A stretch of 64,000 nucleotides of DNA, from assembly GCF_009914755.1 (NCBI RefSeq), contig NC_060927.1. One strand, given 5' to 3'. Below are positions 27,348 to 43,270 of the stretch, piece after piece (the stretch's first letter is position 1; each line of letters opens with the position of its first letter). The notes under the pieces were generated by a model. It did no database searches and had not been told where the DNA came from. It saw only the letters and a list, made by a program, of their open reading frames with translations. Made by a program: the position numbers and the translations under genes. Origin of the DNA: the human T2T-CHM13v2.0 reference genome, Homo sapiens.

Positions 27348-28912
27348 AGAGACTCGCTTTCTCTCAACGTGACGACTGGGGAGACTAACACATTCTCTCC
27401 CCAAAAAAGTCAACTATAAAACTGGACAAAACTGTCAAAAGCAACCATTTCAGAACAGTAGAAACTGACCAAACTTTGATAAGAACAAGCAGAGCTTGGG
27501 GATCATGCCTGGGCTGTCCCCAGCCTCCTCCTAGCAATGCTGACCGGTAGTTCGACTGGGGCAGCAGGGTTCTGCTGCCTGAGGGAGAGGGAGAGGGCGA
27601 GGGTGAGGGCAATTGCTCACATGATTCGGATCATCATCAGGTAAAGTGGCAATTGCAGGCAGATGCAGTGGGAAGACCAGGGGCTCCACTGGCCTGAGGT
27701 TGCTGCCCAGTTTGGAGCAAGCCACGGACCAGCAGACTAGCCAGGGATTTAATTGGGAATTTCAGGAGGTGAGAAAACCATGGGGCTAAACTTTTCATGT
27801 ATCTGTTAACCGGTGGTTGAGCACAACTGCAGCAGAGACCAGAGCAGGCCCACGGCACCCATACATCCTTGGTCAACAGAGCCTATGCTCAGGCACAGGG
27901 AAGAGCGATAAAAAGTAAGAGCCAGGAAGGACACGGAAACAGCCTGAAATGTTAATGTGCTCCCTCCTAACAAGCAGATAGAGGGGCAGAGTCAAAGCCT
28001 TTCTGGCTAAAGCACAATCTCTGGCCAATCTTTGACTAAATACCAAGTATATACATGCAAAATATACAAAGAACCCTTACACCTCAAAACTAAGAGAAGC
28101 AACCCATTCAAGAAATGCAAAATATTTCATTTCACCAAAGAAGACATTTCACCAAAGAAGATACATGAATGGTTAATAAATACATGAAAAGATGCACATG
28201 ATTAGTCTTTAGAAAAATGCAAATTAAAACCACAATGAGATTCCAGTTCACACCCACTAGAACAGCTATAATTAAAAAGACAATGACAAATGGTAAGGAT
28301 ATGGAGAAACTGGAACCTTTCCACACTCTTGGTAGGAATGTGAAATAGAACATCTGCTTGTGAAAATAAACTTAACCTACAACACATCAGTTTCACTCCT
28401 AAGAATCTACTAAACAGAAATTAAAACAAATGTCTACACCAAAGACTTACATGCGAATGTTAAAGCAGTATTATTCATAGTAGCCAGAAACTGGAAATAA
28501 TTTAAATGTTAACTGGTGAATGGATAAAGAAAATGTGGCATATCCATCCCATGGCATACTATTCAGCAATAAAAGTACAACATGGATGAACCTCAAAAAC
28601 ATTATGCTAAAGGAGCCAGATGAAAAACACTACAAATTGTATCATTCTATTTATATAAAACGTCCAGCAAAGGGAAACAGAGAGACAAAAAGATAAGTGG
28701 TTGTCTGGGGCTAAGGGTGGGAGCAGGATTAGCTGCAAACTGCTTACAGGGATTATTTTATTTTTTTAAAAAAATGTTGGTGTTAGAAATATTCTCAAAC
28801 TGAATTGTGGTGATAGTTACAAAACTATATAAATTTACTAAAAGTAACTCAATTGTATACTTACAATGAGTGAATTTTATAATGTTTAAATTATACCTTA
28901 ATACAAGTGATA
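27348..28912 (+). mobile_element. Old L1M: putative 5'UTR part joined to an L1MB-type 3' end
   Basis: CAACTATAAAACTGGACAAAA...CAACCATTTCAG (L1M 5' end-like); 28040-28905 is a typical L1MB ORF2-end/3'UTR. Confidence 0.65.
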
Positions 28913-29350
28913 TCTACAGTGATCCTGGCAATAGCCTAGACCAAGGTGGTGATGGCAGAGTTTCAGTTGACAAGATTTGATGAGGCAGGAATTCAGTTTT
29001 GGGAATGCTGCATTTGAAATACCTTACTCCAAGAAATGTCACTTAGCCGTTGGATGGATGAATCTGGAGCCCAGGAGCGGTCGGAGTTGGAGATGTGAAT
29101 TTGCAAATCATCTGCAAATAAGTAGAAATTGAGGCCACAGGCATAGATGAGATTGCCCAGAAAGAGGAACAAGGAGGACAAGGGGAGGCAGGAAGGAACG
29201 GGCCTGGGACCAAGACTTGAGGAATTCTAACATTAAACAGGGAAAAGAACAGAGAAAACAAGGCAGAGAGGAAAACCAGAAGCACAGAAAGGACAGAGTG
29301 ACCATGTCAAATGCTGACAAAGTGTCAGTAAGAACTGAAACATCCTATTT
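28913..29350 (-). mobile_element. L2 (right part)
   Basis: GAATCTGGAGCCCAGGAG...TTGGAGATGTGAATTTG...GATGAGATTGCCCAG. Confidence 0.7.
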
Positions 29351-29625
29351 GTGACCATACACTCATCTGTTTATTTCTAGATTCATGGATTCCCATGGCC
29401 CTAATTTATTGTCAAGCAAATCCGTTTTTGTTTTGTTGTTGTTGATGCAGCAAGCCCAAGAGAAAGGAAAAGAACTTCTCTTCCAAACACGTATTGCCTA
29501 AATCCACCAGCTATTTTCCAACATCCTCATTCCATTTTTACTGGGAGGAGTGGAAACATTATTGGGTTGAAGCCAGGATCTGAATTTCAGCTCTGCCACT
29601 GATTGATTAGCGGTCTGAAACCAGG

Positions 29626-30510
29626 TGTGGCAGAGACAGACTACTACCCACTAAATACCTATTTCCCTTCTCTCTCAAGAGAACGCTAGTTTTTAGTCGG
29701 ACACAACATGCTATGCCGGAATATCTTTCCCAGCCTTCCTTTCACTTAGATGTGATCAATTGACTAAGTTCTAACTAATGAGGAAAAATGCTGTCGTATT
29801 ACCTTCCCTCCCTCCTCCACTTGCTTTTTAGAAGATGAATGCAATGGCTGAAATTCCATGCCACACTCTAGGGATGGTGAAGCAGAAAGCTGGAAGGAGC
29901 ATGGGTCTCTGATTTCTGTGGAATCCCCAAACCAACCCGGAAAAGCTACCTCCAAACTGCTTTTATGTGACAGAACATAAATGCTGCATATTAGAATTCT
30001 CTGCGGCCTTTTTTTTTTTTTTTTTTAGACGGAGTCTCACTCTGTCGCCCAGGCTGGAGTGCAGTGGTGTGATCTCGGTTCACTGCTAGCTGTCTCCCGG
30101 GTTGACGCCATTCTCCTACCTCAGCCTCCCGAGTAGCTGGGATTACAGGCACCCGTCACCACGCCCGGCTAATTTTTTTTTTTGTATTTTTAGTAGAGAT
30201 GGGGGTTTCACCATGTTAGCCAGGATGGTCTTGATCTCCTGACCTCATGATCTGCCCGCCTCAGCCTCCCAAAGTGCTGGGATTACAGACATGAGCCACC
30301 GCACCCAGCCCAGACTTTTTTTAAACAATCCCAATCCCCCACATACACTTGGACCAATTAACTCAGAATCTCTGGGGATGAAACTCAGGCAGTGGTAGTT
30401 TTTTAAAGCTCCTCAGGTGGTTACAATTGCAGTCAACGTGGAGAATCTGTGATGGACTCCAACTTTATGTAACTCCATTACTCACAGCTGAACACAATTC
30501 CTAACTGATA
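29626..30510 (+). mobile_element. MLT1J-type MaLR LTR containing a MER5-type element and an AluY
   Basis: TGTGGCAGAGACAGAC start, TTTCCCAGCCTTCCTT core, ...AATTCCTAACTGATA end. Confidence 0.65.
30009..30310 (-). mobile_element. AluY
   Basis: ACGCCATTCTCC and TTAGCCAGGATGGTCTTGATCTCC diagnostics. Confidence 0.92.
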
Positions 30511-32548
30511 ATCCAAGCTGTTTGACTCTTCCTGTGCCAATGTGAACATCTTTAAAACAGGGGATTATAATGCTTACTGCTCCCACAAATATTTAGTAAC
30601 TGAGGATACACTGGTAAGTGACTCAGTGTTCCTGCCTTCAAGAAACGTACAGATATGTTGTCTAAAAATTTACATGAATGGGCAAGAGCAACAAACTATA
30701 TAAATTCTACAGTTATTTGTGGGAAGCATAATCAAAACCCAGGAGAAATAGCAAGGATGGGAAATACATCACCATATTAAAGGAAGGTGAAATCTAATTC
30801 CCTGTTTCAGCAATGCACTCAGTAATTGCTGAGAATAGTTCAACACTGCTGCTATATCCTCAATGCACACACCTATACACACACACAGTACTAGAAATTA
30901 TGCCTAGTATATTCTACATGTCTTAATTTATGATAATTAAAAACAATGCCACATTAATTCCAAGAAACTCAACTCCAAGAATTGTATGACAGTTGTATGA
31001 ATGAAACATTCACCATTGATAATAAAGCTTTCAAAATACAGAATCCTTCAGAAATTCACGTGTTGCCATCACACTAAAACCATCACACTTTGTAGAGGAA
31101 AGAGTTATTGCATCACTTTTCAGACTTCACAGAAAAACAATAATTACTCCTCAAAAGACTGTGTAAGATTATATCCCTTAGGGGGATCAAATGTTCCAGG
31201 TGCTTAGATCCATATTCCACAGAATCTAATCAAATAAAAAATGACATTTATTTTCTGCAAAGGATGGTACAGTTTCTTGACAAATCTATGAATTTTGGAT
31301 CACTGCTTCCAACTCTGGACAATGTGGAGAACGTGCCCATCTCCAGCTCCCTCCTTGGAATCCAGTTGTGGAGACGCCACACAAAATAAAGGGAGCTGAA
31401 GAGCAGAGAGCCGTGCAGAGCAGAAGTGGTTCCCGATTGCAGGGACAGTCCAGGACAATCGGACATTAAGGGCCACAGAGCAGAGGCAGATTCAAGGAGG
31501 CTCCTCTAGCTGGGCCATCCACATCATTGTCATGGGCAGATAAGCAGAAGCACCAGCTGGAAGGGCTGCTGTGAAATCAGGGCAGTGCCTGCCTTAGAGG
31601 GGGTCACCTCTGGGAAGAAGAATGGTGGGCCAGCCAGCTCCTGCCTATGCCTCTTCCCTACTCAGCACCTTTCCACAGGCCACAGGAGGCAGAGTTAGCA
31701 AAGCCTAGGGCCAGTCCTTGGAGGGAGGGGAGGAAAGGCAGGGAGTTAAGGGTCCCTGGTTACACTTCAGTCCAAAGGGCACCTTCTCTCGCCATGTCAT
31801 CTCATCTAGGGAGGACAGGTAGTGCCTGAGCTACTGTCATTCACCCCCTGGTAGAAAACTTAGGCAAGACAGCTAAGCATCACAAAGCACTAAAAGGTCC
31901 ATGCCAGAGGCAGAAAGAACCAGAAATCAGAGAAACATCTACACTATAAAAGGAAGAAAAAAGAATGGAATGACTTAGACAGAAGAAGCAGACCTAATAG
32001 AAAACAAAGAACTAAAACTTAAAACAAAACAAATACCATAGTTAGCCTCAGCAAACCAGCGGAGGCTACTGGAAATGCAAGTAGAAACGAGCAGTTAGAA
32101 ACCACTGATTGAAAATATGGGGTTTGAAAAAGAAGAGCTTTGCTAAGGGCACTCACAGGACTGGTAGAAGAGCAGAGTGTGGTGGAAAAACGAACTGGTG
32201 AGCTGGAAGATTAATCAAGGCACTCTCTCAGAAGGCATCAGGACTGGATTTTTAAAATGAAAAGAAAATGTGATAAAACAGAAGTGTTAACATCCTTCCA
32301 CAGCGGTTCCACAGAACGAACAAGGAATGAAAAGAAGCGAAAATATCTAAAGAAACAAGGACCAAGTATTCACCACAATTAAAGAAAGATACGACATTTC
32401 AGATTGAAAGATCTCACTTAGTGCCAAACAGGTTAGATGAGAAAAAGCCACATGTAGATTCATTATAGTAAAATTTAAAATCAAAGAAAGAAAAATCTAA
32501 AAGCTACCAGAGAAAAAAGGCAGAAAACCTTTAGAGAAACAAACATCA

Positions 32549-32964
<416 letters not shown>

Positions 32965-33019
32965 TTAGTCTGGGAAGATCTTGTTGACATTTTAAGTGTG
33001 TAGGAAATATAGATACATT

Positions 33020-33290
33020 GGTCAACAGATACAAAGTTTTAGTTAGACAGGAGGAATAAGTTTTTGAGATCTATCGCATAGCAGGGTGACTATAGTTAGT
33101 AATAATCCATTATATATTTTAAAATAGCTAGGAGTAAATTTCAAATGCCTCACCACAAAAAAAGATAAGTGAGGTGAGAGATATGTTAATTAGCTTGATT
33201 TAACCACTCCACATTGTATACATGTATCAAAACATCACATTACACCCTATAAATGTATACAACTGTGATTTGTCCATTGAAAATATTTTT
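33020..33290 (+). mobile_element. L1MA 3'UTR fragment
   Basis: ATACAAAGTTTTAGTTAGACAGGAGGAATAAG...ATATGTTAATTAGCTTGATTT. Confidence 0.8.
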
Positions 33291-33304
33291 TAAAAACACT
33301 CTCA

Positions 33305-33475
<171 letters not shown>

Positions 33476-33768
33476 TAAGAATGAAATAAATATCTTTACA
33501 AATATACAAAACAGATATACAGATATACGGAAACATAATTTACCACTAAGGGACCTGCATTTAAGGAGCTTTTAAGGTTCTTTGGGATAATAAAAATAAT
33601 CCCACAAAGAAGTCTTGTTTGCAAAAAGAAATGATGAATAAATAAAATGGTAAACAAAGGCAAATCTAAACAATATAAGTCTACATAAAATAATAAAGAT
33701 GTTTAACTTATGGATTCTTTTTAAGGACAGAACTAAAGTTTGACATAGGAGGGTATCATTAAAATTAA

Positions 33769-34122
<354 letters not shown>

Positions 34123-34450
34123 AACTTCAAACCTTTTAAAGCTTAATATGGATGGTAAAGTTTCAAGGGAAACCAATAGAAAATATAGTGCATAAATTCC
34201 AAAAGAGTAAGAAGAAAAAAATAGAATATAAACAAAAGAATAAAAATGCAATATATCCTCCAAAAATACAAGATGGGGTGGGGTGGAAAGAAGAAACATA
34301 GAAAAAGCTGGACAGATAAAAATCAGTGGTTACAATGGCACAAACATGTCCAAACGTATTAATCACAAATGATATAAATGAATTAAACTTGCCAGTTAAA
34401 CAACAGATACTGCAAATTAAACAGATGTTTTAAAAAATCTGAACACCATG

Positions 34451-34753
34451 CATGTAATCTCAGCACTTTGAGAGGCCGAGGTGAGAGAACCACTGGAACC
34501 CAGGAGCTTGAGACCAGCCTGGGCAAACAGGAGAGCCTATCTCTTTAAAAAATAAAGAGAAAAGAAAGAAAGAAAAATTCAGCCAGGTGCAGTGGTTCAT
34601 GCCAATAATCCCAGCACTTTGAAAGGCTGAGGCAGGAGAATTGCTTAAAGTCAGGAGTTTAAGACCAGCTTGGGCAACAGAGTGAGACCCCACCTCTACA
34701 AAAAAAATTTTTTTAATTAGCTGAGTATGATGGCACACACCTGTGGTCCCAGC
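34451..34753 (+). mobile_element. Alu monomer plus 3'-truncated AluJ in tandem
   Basis: Two left-arm-like units followed by a partial right arm. Confidence 0.8.
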
Positions 34754-34906
34754 ATAGAAAATATTCTACAGAAAATAACTACAATTAAAAGCACCTTAGT
34801 AATATACTGGATTAAGCTGTTTTTACTTTTATGAAACCAACTTTGCAGAAGATTAAGCTGTTTTTAAAACTGCATATTTATTTACAAACATGGTTAGAAA
34901 ATAAAA

Positions 34907-35208
34907 CTTTTTTTTTTTTTTTTTTAAGACAGGGTCTGGCTCTGTCACCCAGGCTGGGGTGCAGTGGTGAGATCAAGGCTCACTGCAGCCTTGACTTCCC
35001 AGGCTCAAGTGATCCTCACCTCAACTTCCCCAGTAGCTGGGACTACAGGCACACGCCACCATGCCAGGCTAATTTTTGTGGGTTTTGTTTTTTTGTTTTT
35101 CATTTGTAGAGATGGGGTTTCAACATGTTGCCCAGGCTGGTCTCGAACTCCTCAGCTCAAGAGATCCACTCACCTTGGCCTCCCAAAGTGCTGCCACCGC
35201 ACCCAGCC
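34907..35208 (-). mobile_element. AluJ
   Basis: Reverse Alu with CTCACTGCAGCCTTGAC. Confidence 0.9.
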
Positions 35209-36049
35209 GAGAATGAAACTTTTAAAAAACAAACCATTTACCATATCATTGCCCCTTCTTGTTCTGCAGCCCTGTTCCTGATAAAAGCTCCAACCCTTGG
35301 TCCCTTGGCTGTGCCCACTATGACTAATTTCTCACTATTTGTCTCCTATTAAACCCCTGGCCTCTCCTCAGACAAGACCCATTGTTCCCCAAGACCTCTC
35401 TTCACATTTCTCCCCTTCTCAGGCTTGTCCTACAAGAGGAAAATTACATGATTTAGGGGCCAAAGGCACTGCAGTCAGTTGTTGTAACAGCAATTACTTT
35501 GTCTTTATTCTAGAAGGGAGTTTTAGATATTTATTTTGTACTTTTGCCATTCCACTGATTGCATCAATGTTAGATTTTCAATTCAATTAACTCTTTGGAT
35601 GTTATAGGTATTGAGGAGGATCACTTTTTCTGTTTCTGATTTCCTTTTCCTGCCTTACTGCAAAGCACAGAATGTTCTGAAATGAGTGAGCAGGAAACTT
35701 TGTATTACTCTTGTCTTACATGGAAACATTTCTAAGTATTTTTACCATTAAGTATGATGTTAGCTGTTGGTTTCAGATAGTCTTCATTATAATAAGGAAA
35801 AATCCATTTCTAATTTATTAAAGTGTTAATGAAAAATAAATTTGATTAAGGGAAGCTGGGAAAATGCTGTGAGAACACTCTATCTCTGCAACTCTACTGT
35901 AAATCTAAAAATATTTCAAAACAAGACATTAAACGAAAATAGATGTTGACTTTTATGTAATGTCTTTTCAGCATCTATTGAAGAGACCATATGAATTTTG
36001 GATACACATTTTAAATCCTGTAGTCAAAGCATAAACTTTTCTTGCTGAT

Positions 36050-36647
36050 CTCCCCACATCCATTCTCACTCACTTCTAATCATCTCCCTCTACTCGACAT
36101 AAAGGTTTTTCAAACAAATGTAAATGAGATCCCCTTGCACTCCTAATTAAAATCCTTCAATGGCTTCCATTGCATTCAAGACAAAATCCAAAATCCTTAA
36201 GTGTGCCTACAGGTCTTACATGATGTAGCTCAGCTCACCTCTGCAGTCTGCTCATTCCGCCTGCTCTGGCCACAGTGGCCATCTTCCCAATGCCCCCACT
36301 TTCCTGCCTCAGAACACTCACCTATCCTGATCCCACTGTCTGGAAGTCTCTTCCCTACTCTTGGTCTGGCTACTTCTTACTTGTGCTTTCAGATCCCAGC
36401 TGAAAAAGGCCTGCCCTTGAGCAAAGTCTTCCCTTTCTCATACCAGATTCCCTGTCACTCTGCCCCATAGCACACTGCCTCCCTCGCATTTCTCACAAGT
36501 CATCACTGTGTCCTTATTTGTGGGATTATTTGTTAACATCCACACATTCACTAGACTGCATGTCCTTCAGGGCGGAACCACATCAGGATTCTTCACTGCT
36601 GGCTGCTCGGTATCTAGCACAAATGCCTGGTACAAAAAGGGCATTTA
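36050..36647 (+). mobile_element. L2
   Basis: AAATCCTTCAATGGCTTCCATTGC...AAAATCCAAAATCCTTA...CACTAGACTG...ATGCCTGGTACA. Confidence 0.75.
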
Positions 36648-36930
36648 GGCCAATCGCACCTGTAATCCCAGCACTTTGGGAAGCCAAGGCGGGCGGACTG
36701 CCTGAGCTCAGGAGTTCAAGATCAGCCTGGGCAATACGGTAAAACCCCATCTCTAGTAAAAATCAGCTAGGTATGGTGCCGCGCACCTGTGGTCCCAGCT
36801 ACTTGGAAGGCTGAGACAGGAGAACTACTTTAACCTAGGAGGCAGAGGTTGTAGTGAGCCAAGATTGCACCACTGCACTCCAGCCTGGGCAACAGTGAGG
36901 CTCTGTCTCCAAAAAACAAAAGCACCAAAC
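36648..36930 (+). mobile_element. AluS/J
   Basis: Dimeric Alu; TSD AAAAAGGGCATTTA. Confidence 0.9.
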
Positions 36931-37091
36931 AAAAAAGGGCATTTAATAAGTATTTATAATACTGCATGATTTTGCACAGGTCACTTAACCTCTCAGTGCC
37001 TGTTTCCGGTCTGTAAAATGGGGCTAAGAAGATCTCACTTCACAGAGTTGTGCTAAGGTTTAAACAAGCTAATGCACATATAGCACCTTAA

Positions 37092-37708
<617 letters not shown>

Positions 37709-38190
37709 CCTGCTAGTCTTAATGTAGCCCCTAAGTCAGTGGCCAGCAGGCACCTGTTTCACCCTGCTCACCCTTCTATGGAGTCTGATTCCAAAGAGAG
37801 CAGTGAGGAAGAACAGCCAGCTCAACAATGCAGAAAGCTGAAAGCATGGAGAAAGACAGAGGATTTATTCATTCTTGCACTTTTCTGACATTGCCAGTCC
37901 CATGCCCTTCCTTCCTCCTTCATCCCTGCTATAGTCCAAAAGACACAGGATAAACAAGAGGCCACAGCAAATAGCATTTGCACAGTCTTTCTTACATTTA
38001 TTCATTCAAAAGATATACTAAGCACTAAGTACCAAGCACTATTCTAGGTGCCAGGAATACAACAGTGGGAAAACATAACAAAAATTCATGCCTTCACCTC
38101 AAGGACCCTTTATAGAGAATAGAGAAGGCAGAGAAACTAATAATTGCTAATATTTCCCTAACCTTATGATGGAGGCATTATTATAATCCC

Positions 38191-38630
<440 letters not shown>

Positions 38631-40227
38631 TAACTACTGCATTATTCTGCCCTTTTCTGAAAAATAAGAGTATATAAAATCTTCTACCTCAGAGCAAAGG
38701 GTCTCAACTTTGAAGCTTTTTGTTAAAGCAGGGTGACGGGGTTGCGGGGATGGGAGGGAAACACTTGTCAGGACATGTCAAATATTCAACAGGAAGTCAA
38801 GGTGGATTTCTACTAAATCCAGTGAACACAGGTTTCCAGGAATCACCTCCTCAAAGGATTCTGTGGGCAGCTAAAACCTAGGAGAGGGGAAGGAGAGAAG
38901 ATGAATGGGGAAAATCCAAACTATAATACTACCGCCCTAAAAGTTCTCACAAGGGCTGACAGGTCCCAGCCAGGATGGAGCCCACATTCTGCCTCTTCCG
39001 GCCACTCTGGACAGCTGGCTCCCTCCCTCTCCCCTGCTTCTTCCTTGCCCACTTTAATCCACCTCTCACACCCAGGCTTAGTTTTATTGCTTGATTACCT
39101 TTCCCACGCATGAGATCCCACGCCTCCCAGACTGGCAGGAAACCAGAGCCCTCAGCAGAGGCATCAAAGCCACCCAGTTGGCGGATATCAGGGCTGAGGA
39201 GAAGAGACTGCAGCAGGCAGGCCAATTCATCCCAGGCACTAAGGCACCAAGAAGCCAAAATGATATCTGGGCAACCAGACCAGGCTGCCACAAAGGGCTC
39301 CTGGAAAACAGGCACATTTTCAAAACAAAATCCACTTGTGGGCTAGCTCTACCTGGCATTTAATTAACCTGAAAGGGTTGGATGTACCAAAAAAGCCACC
39401 AAAAATAAAATTAAAATCTCAACTGTTCCTCCAACACATGCTCCCAAGCCTCCACACAACATGATCCAGCGTGACCACAACATCCACAGAGTAAAAACAC
39501 AAAACCCAGGGTCACTCAGATCCTCCTAGGGTGACTCTGGGGCCACACAGTTTACTCTCTGGGAACACATAATCCCAAACAGAGGATAGAGCGGGCTGAA
39601 ATTGCCATAAACTCTGACTCTCCACAGACTCAAAGGCAACCTGAATCAAAATCATTTCCAATCTGGGTCTGAACCTGTCAAAATCTGTGTCTACAGAGAT
39701 AGCTGGTGTTTGGCCAGCGAGTTCAAATCAAGGTGGAACTTTCCCAACTTTCTGGGAGAGGAGAGCATCAGTTATGAGGCAGAGCTGAGGTTTTCTCCAA
39801 GGAATTTTTCTTAAACTGGAGGCAGCTACAAGCATCTGCCTATAGGCTGCCACCGGAATATAAAACAAAAGTATAAGCAACAAAGGAATCGAGTAATAGA
39901 AGTATCTACCTCACAGGACTTCAATGAGGGTGAAGTAAGTTATTTGTAAAATGCTTAAAATAGTATCTGGCACACAGGAAGTATAATATGTCTGTCAAAT
40001 ATTAATAACATAAATGAAGGAAATACCAATTACTCTGAACAAAATCACTGTCTTGCCTACATAGAAAGCTTAATTTTTCAGGGGCATGAGTTTGTGATCA
40101 CATTCTGCATAAATACATATGAGCTGTGATTTCCTAGTCCTCAAGTCACACGATGATATCAAACTTGTCAATATGTCAAAGAGCACATGGCATTCCACAA
40201 AGAGCTCTATGTCAAGGAACCTGGTGA

Positions 40228-40557
<330 letters not shown>

Positions 40558-42157
40558 TAGACAAGATTAAGGCCTAGTGAGAGAGGAGGACAAAGATTAA
40601 TAAACATCACTGAATTCTAAGCATTGACTATGATATTATTCAAATCTGTCTTGAAATATCCATCATACCACTCTAGAAAAAAAAATATAAGACTTCTTAG
40701 CAAGACAATAAAACATTCCCTGACAAAAAAAAACCTATCACTTGATTAATTATTCTATTCCCATCACCTCAAAGAAGGAAAAAAAAAAAAAGTGTGTTCT
40801 CCTCAGATGAACAAATATATATTCAGATCCAGCCTGAATTTTGAGCAACAGTCACCACATTCAACCTTATTAATCTACTCTCCTGTAGAAGGAATATGAG
40901 TTTGGGGAGTGTCTCCTGCTAAGTTTCTTCGATTCCACAAACAACACCATAGTCAGTGTCCATCACTTCAGTTGGCTCTGCTGCCATTTCAATTTGCCAA
41001 GCAAGAACAAACAAAGCAATCTATTTCACGATCAGGGAACCAAAAAACTAACCCCTTTTCACTTTGTTCTTCACCAACCCCACAACTACCTCTTAAATTA
41101 TTTTTCACAAAGTATATATAACCCACTTCAACTCTCCCACAAGCAGACTAGAGCCAAAAAAAACTGGGAAATCCTTTGGCCTCCTACTGTTATTATCAAT
41201 AATATTATGAGTATCTCTGCCAATTAAACTAGAAATTCCTTTGACATTATATCACTCGATTAAACATAGCTCTGGGCTTGGCATAGTGTTGTGCATATGG
41301 AGGAAGTTTGCCCTAACAGATCCAGGGCAAAAGATCATTAAATAGAAATGTATCCTTTCATTATCATCCTCCCTATCTATTATCACTACCAGCACATAAA
41401 GCTCTTTAAAGCCAAAACTACTCTCCATAACCAGGGACATTTTGGGTACTTTATGAATATATACAGCTAGCAAAATGACCAATTCCCAATCAATCAGGAT
41501 TTGATGAATTAGGTCCATGTTGATGAATTAATCTTCAGGCCATCCTGACCCTCTAATCCTCCTCCCACACTGGCTACTCCTCTCCTCTGAGCAGGAAGAA
41601 AAGGTGAGAACCAAATCTGCCAAGCATGGTGGACCACTAGTGGATTGGATTCAAATTTCAAGATAAAAGAGGTTGTACCTGGTGATAACAACTATGTTTT
41701 TAGATCATCCATGGCTAACAGAAAACTCACTGAAGTAAAACTTGATTTTGAAAAACTGTCACTGAAGTCACTGAAGACAGCCTGCCTGTGAAACCCATTT
41801 CTGTAGAAGGTTTTATGTTAAGAGAACTTTTATGGCTCTAGAAAGCAGATCATTTCTCCAGCCTTCGGGAGCAGTGAAATTACACAGTCTGCCTCTGAAT
41901 TATTGATGTCATAATTTATTGAAAGGTCTCCCTTAGGTCATAGGTCACACCCCAGATGCAATGATGCACAGATACACAGATGCACAGACCCATCACAAGG
42001 TCTGTGACCAGGGAGTAAAAGCAATAGCAAGCCAATGGCTTTTGAGGATCTGCTATATGCAAAGGCCCCATGGTATCAGACCAAAAAAGAACTCTAGGTC
42101 GGACCAACACACAGAGCTTCCAGCATACTCATCTGATTATCTTATTTTGTCGTCTTA

Positions 42158-42534
<377 letters not shown>

Positions 42535-42629
42535 AAGTGATCTCTCCATTGTCTCATAACTAGTTCATATAAGGACCAGGACCAGATACTTGAATTTTTG
42601 GTCTATAGTTTATTTTATTAAATTATGAG

Positions 42630-43270
42630 GTTCCCTATTCAATACTTGTTGATATTCACTGCCAAAGACTCCTCTAGATGTTGGGAATAGAACAATCCGT
42701 GAAACAGATAAGCATTCCTGCCCTTGTGGAACTGATATTCTAGGGGTGGGAAATAAATTATAAACATATACACAAACATAGTAAGTGTCCATAAGTGGCT
42801 TAGAGAAAAATAAAACAGGCTACAGTGTTGGAGGCTGGGAAAAGGCTGCGGTGGAGGAGCAGTTCTAACTTCACTGGGTCAGGGAAGGCCTGTCTGTAAG
42901 GTGACTCTGAGCAAAGACTGGAAGGAAGAGGGTAAAGCATGGTGGCGGTAAAAATAACTGTGTTTCAGGCAATAAATACAGACTCTGAGGTGGGAGCAGG
43001 CTTGGTGTGCTGGAGAAACAGCCAGTGCAACACGGGTGGAGTGAACAAGGGGGAAGTGATGGGAGATGAAGGGAACCAGAGCCAGATCACACAGAACCTT
43101 GCAGGCATGATAGGGACTGGGGGGTTGATTCCAGATATAAAGGGAGACCCCAGGAGGGCTCTGAGCAAAGACATGACACTAGCAGCTCACTCTAGAATGA
43201 TGCTTGGGTGGGTGGAGAAAGGGGGATCCACTAAGAGCTTAGTATAATTGTCTAGGCAGAGATTTATGTG
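42630..43270 (-). mobile_element. L2
   Basis: CATTCCTGCCCTTGTGGAACTGATATTCTAG...GGTCAGGGAAGGCCT...GCCAGATCACACAGAACCTTG. Confidence 0.7.

Noticed and set aside
31841-31854. CTCF-like CTACCAGGGGGTGA
   Set aside because: Partial match only; it cannot be distinguished from chance without ChIP data
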